From Haliotis rufescens (taxonomy: Eukaryota), in the NCBI RefSeq assembly GCF_023055435.1, contig NW_025964361.1:23064001-23128000 (forward strand): a stretch of 64,000 bases of DNA, written 5' to 3'. The position numbers and the translations under genes are program-made. Below, one piece after another: positions 11,622-22,526 of the stretch. The number at the start of each line of letters is the position of its first letter. Within the stretch, counting starts at the first letter, position 1. Below the pieces are notes generated by a model that was not told where the DNA came from, searched no databases, and worked only from the letters and a program-made list of their open reading frames with translations.

Positions 11622-12699
11622 ATTATTTCTATACCCTGCTTATACCGTAGCCAGCCGTAAACCGTCAGTGCTGCCCTTTGGCGTACCTTCTGAAACGCTT
11701 ATTTATGGCACAGATTAAGTGCCAGGTAAGCCCCGGGGATGTATATAACAAAAAGGTCCCCAGTAACCCATGCTTGTCGGAAGAGGCGGCTAAATAGAGA
11801 ACGGATGGTCAGGCTCTATGATCCGCCGGTGTGTGTTTCATGGAACCCAGATGTCGTGGTTCCCTGCCCACCATTTCGGTCACAACAAAGTTCCATTGCT
11901 TAATCAGATATCTTACCATGCTTGGCACTATTGTATAAACACAGAACTAGATCACGACCACAGTGAAATACCATCAACGACTGTACTTCATATAAAACCC
12001 AAATTCAGGTCAGACCATGTTATTATTGGAACTTGTTTTGCATATATCTTAATATTTCAAACCACCGTGTGAACATGCATGGGTGAGGTACCAATATTAT
12101 ACTGAAAGTGCTTTTTTTCCTGTTGCCAGATCACATGTCGTTCTCCTTTGGACATTGTGATGAATAAACTATTTCAATAGATCTGCATATTGTTTTTTGA
12201 GTTTATGAAGCATGGTCAGACAATAATGTTCCGAACATCCTTATTTAGTAAGGGGGTATTACTTGTGAATTAATAGGGCACTGTATCTCACCTGGATATA
12301 TAACCAACAGCTTAAAATGTCAACAAAGACACCCACTTCACAGACGTTTGTAGTCCTTAACCCTACAAGAGTAAGAAAACTCATGAGTGGGTGGAGCTTA
12401 TGTGACCTCGTAACACTTACGTACGTACGTACGTACTGCTTCTCACCTGAACACAGAAGTACATCGGACTTCTGCCGAGTAGTTACAGTATACACCGTAT
12501 GCCGGCACTGCATTAGTTGCGGTACAATCAATATTACCTGAAACAACCTGCAACGTGTTTGTGAAATAATTAAACATTCATATCAACGAATCCCTCTAAA
12601 ACTAACAAAGCGAACTGTAAATTGCAAAGTGGTATTGAAAAATTGTGTATTAGGAAAGAATGTCATTTCAGGTCTTTGAAAGGCATTTAGAAGTGATAC

Positions 12700-12790
12700 A
12701 CATAAGGACGAGAATATATAGATGTCAACTTCTTTCTTATGAGGAACACAACGTTTCGGAGAACATGCTTACTCCTTCATCTGGTGAAAG
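12700..12790 (-). mobile_element. Penelope-like pLTR remnant with a degenerate minimal hammerhead motif
   Basis: Minus strand reads CCAGATGAAGGAG-TAAGCATGTT-CTCCGAAACGTTG: core CAGATGA (CTGATGA with one change), stem GGAG/CTCC, then GAAA. Confidence 0.55.
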
Positions 12791-12815
12791 AATGCCATGA
12801 GGCAGAGAGCATATA

Positions 12816-14363
12816 TACTCACACGCAAAAGAAACGCAAGTCGAGTATGCAGTATACATGTTATTTATTTTCAACAGTTAAGACAAGAAATACTAATAGG
12901 GCAAGATTGACAAAAAATTGACTGAAGACAGTTTAATGGATTAAAAGGCAGATGACATAATTGTTTTTTTTTCGAATGTTAAGGGCTCACTCAGTTTCGT
13001 GTCAATACCCAAAATGTCAGTCAATATAGTGGTGTGACCACCATTAGCATTGATAACTGCCAAACATCTCCTGTACATTGAGTGGATCAGACGATTTGTG
13101 AAGGCCCTAGGGATCCTCCTGCACACATCCAGAGTAGCTGTGCGTAGTTCATTGGCAGTTGTAGGGACTGGGCGCACATTGTGCAGACGCCTTTGAACCT
13201 CATCCCGCAAATGTTCGATGGGGTTCAGATCAGGGCTGAGGGCTGGCCACGGTAGAACACGGATGTTGTGTTGTTGCAGAAAGGCCATGGTAGCTCTGGC
13301 AACATGGGGACGAGCGTTGTCCTGCTGGAAAATGTGTTGTTGATGTTGTGCAAAAAAATGGAACAACGTGGAGTCTGATCACTTGGGCGATATACCGCTG
13401 AGCAGTGACGCCGTGTCCCCGACCTTGACCAATATTCAGAAAGCACATGGGTCCAAGTCTCGCATTAAGTCCAATCCCTGCCCATATCATGACGCTAGGT
13501 CCACCCCATGGACCCCTTTCCACAGCGTTTTTGTCAGCGAAACGATCACCTCGACGCCGCCAAATTCTGACTCTTCCGTCTGCATGGGAGACGCAAAAGC
13601 GACTTTCATCAGAGAAGATGACACGCCTCCACACACGATGACGCCAATTGTGATGACCCTGTGCCCACTGTAGTCGTGCTTGTCGATGCCATGGTTGGAG
13701 AACAGGACGACGTGCTGGTCGGCGACATCTGAGGTTGTTTGAACGGAGACGTCGGATCACAGTGTCCCGGATAATGTGTCGATTATGTGTTCCTATGGTC
13801 TGTCGAGCACTTTCACTTTCAGTTAGGAACGGATGTCGCTGGTGTTAACGGGTAATCTGCCGATCTTGTCGAGGTGTGGTGACCCTAGGACGACCGCTCC
13901 GAGGAAGGTCATCTGTGGTCTGCGTAGCATTGTATCGATGCAGAAGACGGTAAATTGTGGTTATGTTAACGTTGAAATGACGGGCAACATCTTGGACAGA
14001 CTCTCCAGCTTCCAAACGTCCGATAGCCTGGTTTCTCTGAATTTGAGTTAGGCGTGGCATTGGTAACTAAGGAGTGGTAGGCCCAGGAATCGGCCACAGT
14101 TTTATACCCACTACAGTTCGTGACAGTTGGTGCATTTTTGTTTTCGCGAGAAATTGGTGCATGATACCCACATATTCATTGAAATGGTGCGTTTTGGCGA
14201 TTCGTTTTTTACGTTGCGTTTTTACTCGGGGCTTCCAAAATGCAACCAAAAATATCGATAACACCATCAGGCTTCACTACATGCTAAAACTCGTATCAAT
14301 TTATGGTTCAGTGTTTGTTACCTATTTGCTTAAAACCACTTGCGTTTCTTTTGCGTGTGAATA
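12816..14363 (-). mobile_element. Full-length Tc1-family DNA transposon (~1.55 kb)
   Basis: 26-bp TIRs TACTCACACGCAAAAGAAACGCAAGT (one mismatch), flanked by TA at both ends; encodes a DD34E transposase. Confidence 0.96.
13025..14060 (-). pseudogene. Tc1 transposase split over three frames (frameshifts near 13845, 13355 and 13030)
   Basis: HTH region (MPRLT...VARHFNV...GRPRVTT), then FSDESRF, FQQDNARPH, SPDLNPIEHL and GGHT in ORFs 13845..14060, 13230..13760 and 12941..13366. Confidence 0.93.
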
Positions 14364-14384
14364 TATATAGTAGTATATATAATA

Positions 14385-15075
14385 TGTTTCATTGGGCTGA
14401 AGATAGACCACATAGGCATTATAAATAGTAGAGATGTTTTATTGGGGATGAAGATGGACCCCATAGCTATTATTAATAGTAGTGATGGTTTACTGGGCTG
14501 TAGATAGACCCCACAATCATTAAACATCGTAGTGATGTTTTATTTGGGATGAAGATGGACCCCATAGCCATTATTAATAGTAGTGATGGTTTACTGGGCT
14601 GTAGATAGACCCCACAATCATTAAACATCGTAGTGATGTTTTATTGGGGATGAAGATGGACCCCATAGCCATTATTAATAGTAGTGATGGTTTACTGGGC
14701 TGTAGATAGACCCCACAATCATTAAACATCGTAGTGATGTTTTATTGGGGATGAAGATGGACCCCATAGCCATTATTAATAGTAGTGATGGTTTACTGGG
14801 CTGTAGATAGACCCCACAATCATTAAACATCGTAGTGATGTTTTATTGGGGATGAAGATGGACCCCATAGCCATTATTAATAGTAGTGATGGTTTACTGG
14901 GCTGTAGATAGACCCCACAATCATTAAACATCGTAGTGATGTTTTATTGGGGATGAAGATGGACCCCATAGCCATTATTAATAGTAGTGATGGTTTACTG
15001 GGCTGTAGATAGACCCCACAATCATTAAACATCGTAGTGATGTTTTATCTGGGATGAAGATGGACCCCATAGGCA
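14385..15075. repeat. 101-bp tandem repeat built from two related ~50-bp subunits, about 6.5 copies
   Basis: Period 101 (TAAACATCG at 14521 and 14622); both halves follow TAGTGATG(G/T)TTTA(C/T)TGGG..TG(T/A)AGAT(A/G)GACCCCA. Confidence 0.95.
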
Positions 15076-15713
15076 CAATGTATTATAGTAGTAATGGTGT
15101 AATGGGCATTAAAAAAACGTAACTGTATCATACCAAAATGTATGTGTCGCAAAGAGTGAGTTCGTTACTTTGGTGTGTGGTCGCTTTGAGTAGTATTTTA
15201 GTTATATAACAGCGTGTCATTTTGATGCTGGATAAAAGGAGAAAATGATGCAGGCCTTAGATGTTTACCACTTCGGTGAGACCAACGAGGGACTGGTCTT
15301 GAGCTGACAAACCTACAAATATAATCAGGGATTGGAACCCACGATCTTAGTTTTCTGGCGCGCTAAAGGAATTTTGTTTGTTTGTTTGTTGTTTTACGCC
15401 GCACTCAGCAATATTCCAGCTATATAACGGCGGCCTGTAAATAATGCAACATACATTCCGTTCTTAGATACAACATTACTGTCGTACCATGTAGATCCCT
15501 TTGGGTGAATATACACATAACAATATAACACGTGTCTTTTAAGTCCAAACAGTGACTTGTCAAGTGATAGCTAGGTATGCACCACTTTCTGTGATACATG
15601 AAGTTTTAACATGATCTATACGATTCTGTTTTATATGAGAACACAAATTCCACCTGAAGGTCTTCCAAAATTTGCTATACTTTTTTTTCATAAAGTTGTT
15701 ATATTCGTAGAAC

Positions 15714-15759
15714 CAGAGACCATATACCGGTCTATATATGTATCAGTTTAGGGTCTCTG
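15714..15759. mobile_element. 46-bp mini-MITE, TIR CAGAGACC, 7-bp TSD GTAGAAC (P-element-like)
   Basis: GTAGAAC|CAGAGACC...GGTCTCTG|GTAGAAC. Confidence 0.75.
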
Positions 15760-17040
15760 GTAGAACGTATCATCAAATTTAGTTTCTGGGTCTATGTTTC
15801 TGTCAAACCATTTATGTCAAATGATTTTAAAATGAAAGACACTCACAATTAGATAAGTTTGAGAGCAGTCCTAATATACGAGTTTCACAGCATTCATGAT
15901 AATTCTAGTAGGTTCAGACGGTGCCCCCTGTATATCCGGGCCCTGGACACACCCCTATCTGTTCTGTGTCGGTCTCTCACCTCTCTCTGCCCCCGTTACC
16001 CATGTCGGCCCGACGTGTGTGTTCCGTCACGTGCCTCTGTCATAGACAGACTGCAGTGTGAGTCTATATTATAACTCCCCTAAAGTAACTTCTGATTGAT
16101 CCATTCATAGAGACGAAGCTATCATTTACAGAAAGATATTTGGACATTTTCAATTAATTTGTTGTACGATGAACCGCAATTTGAAGCTCCGTAACACAAG
16201 ATCGGAACGACAACACTGTCAGATATTTTAAGGCGCCTTGCAATGAAAAGTATCCATTATTCATCATCGTAATTGATAAATCTGATTGATTTGTTTGCTT
16301 GAAGTGTAAGACTACTGAATGTGTTGCTCCACAACAACTTGGGAGTGAAAGCCGTTCCTAAATTTAACATTAAATCACAACAGTTTGTTCATACTAAGCC
16401 TCTTCGAAACACCATAATTTAATTTTATTTAAATTTAACTCCTTTCCTAGAAATTTTAAAGAACGTTTATTTTCTACTGCAGCACTGCCATAACAAACGA
16501 AACATCGTCTGCGTATTATAATGCAATTAGATAATATGGAATCTCACTATTAACAAACATGACCACCATTTTGTTCAAACACCATTGTGCGTTCATTTAA
16601 AAAGGTTTAAACTTCGTTGAATGGAAATCCATTAACTTGATATGTCGTTTATCAGTGTATCGTTATGGTCCCAGCAGAAGCCTATGTTCTTGTATAGGCA
16701 CTCCGCATGTGTCGAACTAGCCCGAGATAGGTCGACATATTTCCGATGGTCCCGGGGTCTCTCCGCTAACGAAGTGTCATTGTAGCATCAAGTATGTTAT
16801 CAATGTCCAATGTCTGAAGGCCATGTGTGGCGACCATGGCTTGAAATTATAAACTGAGTAAACCGAAACTGACTCTCACCCGCTCACACTTACACGAGGG
16901 TGGCTGGCGGCTAGATTCACCCATAGACGTAAAATGTTTGCTCACGCTCAAAATACATTGGCACCTGCAGTCGTAGAATATATAGGAACCATTCGTAATT
17001 CAAGCACAACCGTGAGCTAATGTCTCTACGGTTACTATAT

Positions 17041-17322
17041 TGAGTGAGTGAGTTGGGTTTAACGCCGCTTTTAACAGTATTCCAGTTATATCGCGGCGTG
17101 TCAGCTTAATGTGGGAAGAAAGCCCGAAGTGATGCAGGCCTCTTTTTACCACTTCGGTGAAACCCAAGAGCACGGGTATGGTACGCGCTGACAAACCTAG
17201 AAACATAATCGGAGCGAACAGGGATTCGAACCCACAATCATAGGTCTCTGGCGTGCCCAAGGGACGCAACTCTACACAGCGAATCGCGGCACCTTTGACG
17301 ATTGGGCCACCCGAGCCACCCG
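17041..17322 (-). mobile_element. SINE family B (~280 bp, tRNA-like head, ...GGAATACTGTTAAAAGCGGCGTTAAAC(ACTC)n tail)
   Basis: Close reverse-complement match to 19033-19312; B-box-like GGTTCGAATCC. Decayed copies at ~15160-15375(-), ~34255-34470(-), ~44630-44833(+), ~55170-55412(+). Confidence 0.88.
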
Positions 17323-17633
17323 TCACTTTCTGATCACATCAGTCCTATGAATGGACCCCTGTCTTCCCAGCGTACGCAAGTCCCTCCTCGTAGTCTTAGC
17401 CTACTAGTCTATATCCACACATAGCGGTTGGGCAGTCATTCCACAGCTGTTGTTTCAAAACCCTTAAAACTACTTCCAACTTCATGATTGTATATCCTGC
17501 ATGATAAACACGTAGGAAGTGTAAGAATAACTAAGTTAGTCTGGTTAGATCAAGTGATAGCTAGGCGTTCCGACTTCTGTGTCGTTTATTTGAGCATGTG
17601 CGCTTGATCACTGTACAGTAAGTAGGTCAGCAC

Positions 17634-17640
17634 TATAAAG
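17634..17640 (+). promoter_or_regulatory. TATA box of the protease inhibitor gene
   Basis: TATAAAG about 95 bp upstream of ATG 17731. Confidence 0.6.
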
Positions 17641-17730
17641 ATAGCGCTACACGCTCGGCGTCACTCGATCGGGATACAGCGCGGATCGCTGCAACAACCG
17701 GTTGTGCAGAGAACTATTTTTAACGATACA

Positions 17731-19725
17731 ATGGCGTCCAAAGAAACGTGGCCGGAGCTTGTGGGCAAGGTAACTATATCTAAGCTTGACCATTTTTGTA
17801 CATACAGCTGTGTGACTCCAGTAAGACTGATAACAGCTTGCAGATGTTTCAAAACGAACCATGTGTGTTGTTAACAGATACCAACCCGGCTCACCAACCA
17901 CAATGCGATAGTTTCTTACTTAGACTTCAACCCGTGAAGATCCGGGGTAGAATAGGTTTTCAGCAACCCATGCTTGCCGTAAAAGGCGACTATGCTTGTC
18001 GTTAGAGGCGACTAACGGGATCGGGTGGTCAGACTCGCTGACTTGGTTGATGCGTGTCATCGATCCCATTTGCGTGGATGGGTGCTCATGATGTCAATCT
18101 CTGGATTGTCTGGTCCAGACTCGATTATTTACAGACCGCCGTCATATAGCTGGAATATTGCTGAGTGCGGCGTTAAACAACAAATCAGACCAACCAACTT
18201 AAAACATTAGACTTAAAAATTACTTCCGTATTTTTGTGTTGATCACGAAACGATGTATCAACTGCAGTGTCGCATTGCCAGCTGAATTTTATCGTGCTGT
18301 GTTACCATGTTTATATGGTAGTCGCGGTCACAGGCCCCTGAAGTAGGATAGTGATATTACTGAAACACTGGACACATATATATAAATGGACAAGGTACGT
18401 CACTAGCCATCTTGGCCGAAGTTGACATACACTGAATCGTTTAAATTAAATGGAAATGTTTGCATGTCATGTTTATAATACCTCCCCACCTCCATCCGCT
18501 TACGACCTGCATGTCACATACATTCATTTTTTGCATTATTACCTATATCGGGTGATTTAATTGAAATATTGTCTCAGTCGCGGCTGTGGGTCACGGAAGT
18601 AAACAAAAATGGCCTCGAGCGCTCTGATTGGTACATATCACCATGTGCGTTTGTTATGGTTGGAGCGCAGACCAATCAGAGCGCTCGAGGCCATTGAGAG
18701 GGATTTTTGTTTCCGTTTTGTTTTTTTAACGGTGTTTCAGTGACATCACTATCCTGCTTTAGGGGCCTGTGGTCGCGGTAACTTGTAGTACGGTTTACCC
18801 TGACCATTTGGCTTTGTATTAACGTGCTTGTAAATCATGAACACAACTAGACTAGACTAGTCACATATCTGATTATTAGGGTGAAAGGGTACATCTTGCC
18901 CTCGTCACGCCGAGATTCGACATGACAAAATGGGTATTCTTCTTTTGCGATGTTTCTCGATTACTGAATATCGATAAAGATAAATACACATGAAGTACAT
19001 AATAAGTGTTATACCCACTTTATCTTTGTATAGGTGGCACGGGTGGCCCAGTCGTCTGAGGCGCCGCAATTCCCTGTGCAGAGTTGCGTCCCTTTGGCAC
19101 GCCAGAAACCTATCATTGTGGGTTCGAATCCCGGTTCACCCCGATTATGTTTCTAGGTTTGTCAGCACCATACCCGTGCTCGTGGGTTTCACCGAAGTGG
19201 TAAACGTCTGAGACATGCATCACTTCGGGCTTTCCTCCCACATTAAGCTGACACGCCGTGATATAACTGGAATACTGTTAAAAGCGGCGTTAAACCAAAC
19301 TCATTTTTACTCAAATACTGTTCAAAGGGGCGTAATACACAACTAACTCACTCATTCAACTTCTCTTTCAGTTGGCAGAGGAAGCGAAAACAGCTATCCT
19401 AGAAGAAAATCCAAATTTAAAGGTTGGTACTTTTAAAGTTATGAACTAAATGATGTGACCGCCTCAGTGGCTTAATGGTAGAGGGTCCGCCCGGAAAGTT
19501 GAATGTCTTGGGTTCAATGTCCGGCTGGGTCATACCAAAACACGTTAAGAGATGGTACTTGTTGTTAAACTGCTTGGCGCTCGGCATTTAGGAACTAAAA
19601 CAAGGACAGGTCGGCTCGGAGTCAGTATACTGTGTCTGAGTGGGGTACTCATGTTAAACTGTGGCATGGTATTTCAGTGCGCTAGCACTATAAAATCGGC
19701 ATTGGCTCAGATTTAGTACAAGCAG

Positions 19726-19772
<47 letters not shown>

Positions 19773-20893
19773 TGCATCCCTGAATGCAACGTAAAACCCC
19801 ATTTCACCTCACCACACTAACCAAACCTCGACTGAGTGGCATAGTCACATTGCTTTCAAGCGGTAGGGACACGTGTTATGTGCCGATTGCCGATTTCTAG
19901 TATGCCAGCAACCGAGTGACTAAATATAGCCTGATGTTCAGTGCACATGAACTTAATGAATGGGTTCAGACGAGCCGAGTCGAAATACTTGTTCATGTCG
20001 AGACTGGCACGTGATCACGTTTATCATGTGCTCTGCGTGATTATTTCAACTTATCCCTGGCAATTGAGAAACAATTGAGTCAGTCTTTACGCCGCTTTTA
20101 GCAATATTCCAGCAATATCACCGCGGGGGACACAAGATATAGCCTTCCTACATTGTTTCCATGTAGGGAATTGAACTCAGGCCTTCGGCGTGACGAGCGA
20201 ACGCTTAATCACAAGGCTACCCACCGTCCCGCATTCGTCCGAGGACTCGGCCATAGCCTGCGAGTTTGAATCTCGACTCTCGCACACACTTCTGTGCCAT
20301 TAAGCCTTACATATATTACTATTTCATTTTTGAATTACTGAATTGTTTGAATCATTGTTTACATAAGTTCCCATATTCCAAAGTTGAGCCTCTGCTGCGC
20401 GTGACTGCGCCCAGGTCACAAATCAGATGAAGTTTAGCCACCTCGGTCGCGGATAGTCCTTGGATGGGTGACCTCGTTTCGGCAGTTTGGCTCAAGAGTA
20501 TTTCTAGGGCTTCGGTCCTGCCCCACACCCCAGCAAATGTAACACATGTCTCCTTGGGCAAGCGACTTTGTTCGAAATGTGCCTCTGATCACCCAGCAGT
20601 GAATGGGTATCCGGTAACTTTGGTTGTATACTCCTCAGGGAGCTGAGAATGATTCTTGAGTGAACACTGATCCAGGGATCAGGGTAGTAATAGCACTTTG
20701 AGCATTCCCCTGTGTGGTTTGGAAATATGCGCAATATAAATGGGCAATTATTACTATGTACACGACTATATTTCTTCAACAGATTTTCATCGTGCCTGAG
20801 AATAGCATGGTGACCATGGACTTTTTACATGATCGAGTGAGGATCTTTACCAAACAAGACGGCACAGTGGCAAGCCCGCCCATGATTGGTTGA
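17731..20893 (+). CDS. Potato inhibitor I family (eglin c/CI-2-like) serine protease inhibitor, join(17731..17769,19372..19422,20783..20893), 66 aa
   Basis: Spliced product MASKETWPELVGKLAEEAKTAILEENPNLKIFIVPENSMVTMDFLHDRVRIFTKQDGTVASPPMIG, with WPELVG, VTMDF and DRVRIF motifs and terminal P-x-I-G. Canonical GT-AG phase-0 introns; AATAAA at 21425-21430. Confidence 0.95.
17931..18198 (+). mobile_element. SINE-like non-autonomous retroelement family E (structured non-tRNA head, GGAATATTGCTGAGTGCGGCGTTAAAC tail)
   Basis: Matches the reverse complement of 29184-29609; fragments at ~11753-11815 and ~21495-21670; tails at ~15375-15445, ~25470-25540, ~63015-63120. Confidence 0.88.
18329..18771. mobile_element. 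443-bp MITE, ~40-bp TIR CACAGGCCCCT..., 8-bp TSD GTCGCGGT (P- or hAT-type), in intron 1 of the inhibitor gene
   Basis: TSD at 18321-18328 and 18772-18779; the TIRs pair over about 40 bp. Confidence 0.92.
19033..19354 (+). mobile_element. SINE family B with a duplicated tail, abutting exon 2 of the inhibitor gene
   Basis: Inverted homologue of 17041-17322; second tail segment at 19313-19354. Confidence 0.88.
19457..19813 (+). mobile_element. tRNA-derived Meta-domain SINE with internal (CA)n
   Basis: A/B-box-like head, then GTCATACCAAAA...ATGGTACTTGTTG...CTTGGCGCTCGGCATT (Meta-like core); (CA)n at ~19727-19768. Confidence 0.82.
20076..20230 (-). mobile_element. SINE family A (tRNA-Asp-like head, ~160 bp)
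   Basis: Reverse-complement match to 25123-25284. Confidence 0.88.
20387..20756 (+). mobile_element. 5S rRNA-derived SINE (SINE3) with CORE/Deu-like body and L2-like tail
   Basis: GAAGTTTAGCC...GGATAGTCCTTGGATGGGTGACC resembles the 5S internal promoter (box A, IE, box C); body CCTTGGGCAAG...CACCCAGCAGTGAATGGGTA; tail AGCACTTTGAGCA...GCGCAATATAAAT...ATTATTA. Confidence 0.78.
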
Positions 20894-21656
20894 TTGTATC
20901 ACATGGCCAAAGACATTTTGATGCCATATTCCTACTCAGCCAGAACGCTGCAGTATTCCCGTGATCGACTCCAGTGCATTAAAACACCACATTAGAGAGA
21001 TAGTGCTTGCATCAACTATAGAATGAAAATCCTTTGTAAAATTTCACCTTTTTGAGGTCAATCACGCATGTAACGTCCAAAGAAATCAATGTGTACATGT
21101 AAAAGAAATTATTGAATCAAAATAGAGAAATGATGTGCATATAAATACACATTTATAAATACCTGTTCACTTATTCTAAACTATTTTTGATCAATTTTGT
21201 TTATGCACAAAGTATTTTTCACACAAGTCTTTTTTGAATAATTTAAGTAGCTAAAAGGTGACTACTTTCTGATAACGACGAAGTAAAACTGATCTCACCT
21301 TTTAGTACGTACATTTGTATACACCTTCAACATTGTATCATATTCCAGGCATATTTTTATTGTTCAGTTATGCGTGGTTATTATATACTGTGTTATACAT
21401 TTACTTGCAATGTTGGCCTTAAAAAATAAAGCAATCTCTTGAACAACGTGTAAGTTTTCCCACCAGCTGTCTTTCAACAACGATTAGAAAAAAGCTCCGG
21501 GTTTGAATTAGTCCCCAGCAACCTGTGCTTGTCGTCCGAGTCGATTTCGTGGATTAGATGGCCAGGCTTGGTTGGCAGCGTGCCACCATACTCTATCATA
21601 GTGGGAGTAGTTCATGATATCAGTCTGGTCAAGACTCAGTTAAGAAGCCTCCATCA

Positions 21657-22360
21657 AATAGCTTGAATACTTCGTTTACACAGCTGGAATACTTCGTTAG
21701 TACAACTTGAATACTGCGTTAATACAGCTGGTATACTGCGTTAGTACAGCTGGAATATTTCGTTAGTACAGCTGGAATAATTCGTTGATACAGCTGGATA
21801 TACTGCGTCAATACAGCTGGAATACTGCGTTAGTACAGCTGGAATACTGCGTCAATGCAGCTGGAATACTGCGTTTGTACAGCTGGAATACTTCGTTGAT
21901 ACAGCTGCAATACTGCGTCAATACAGCTGGAATAGTAAGTTAATACAGCTTGAATACTGCATTTGTACAGCTTGAATACTGCGTTAGTACAACTGGAATA
22001 CTTCGTTTATACAGCTGGAATACTGCTTTGATACAGCTGGAATACTCAGTTAATACAGCTTGAATACTGCATCAGTACAGCTTGAATACTGCGTTAGTAC
22101 AGCTGGAATACTGCATTAGTACAGCTTGAATATTGCGTTAGTACAGCTGGAATACTGCGTTGATACAGCTGGAATACTGCATCAATACAGCTGGAATACT
22201 GCGTTTATACAGCTGGAATACTGCTTTGATACAGCTGGAATTCTCAGTTAATACAGCTGGAATACTGCGTTAGGACAGGTTGAATACTGCGTTTGTACAG
22301 GTTGAATACTGCGTTAGTACAGCGTGAATACTAAGTTAATTCAGTTTGAATACTTCGTTA
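21657..22360. repeat. 22-bp minisatellite (TACAGCTGGAATACTGCGTTAG), about 31 copies
   Basis: Tandem units are visible; the array starts inside the tail of a family E element. Confidence 0.95.
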
Positions 22361-22526
22361 AGGCGTTGTGTTTATCGCCATACAGACGCATGAGCAGTCA
22401 TGTCATGTGATCCTCAAAGTACCCAGTCTACGCATCTGGTTACGCCAAACATATTTGCCTTCCCGACGCTGAAGCCTTAATCAAGTCTAGTTAAAATGTT
22501 TAACGTGTACACATGAGCCGATTCAC

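Noticed and set aside
20387-20480. Possible 5S rRNA gene
   Set aside because: Only the internal promoter region resembles 5S, and it is fused to a SINE body and tail.
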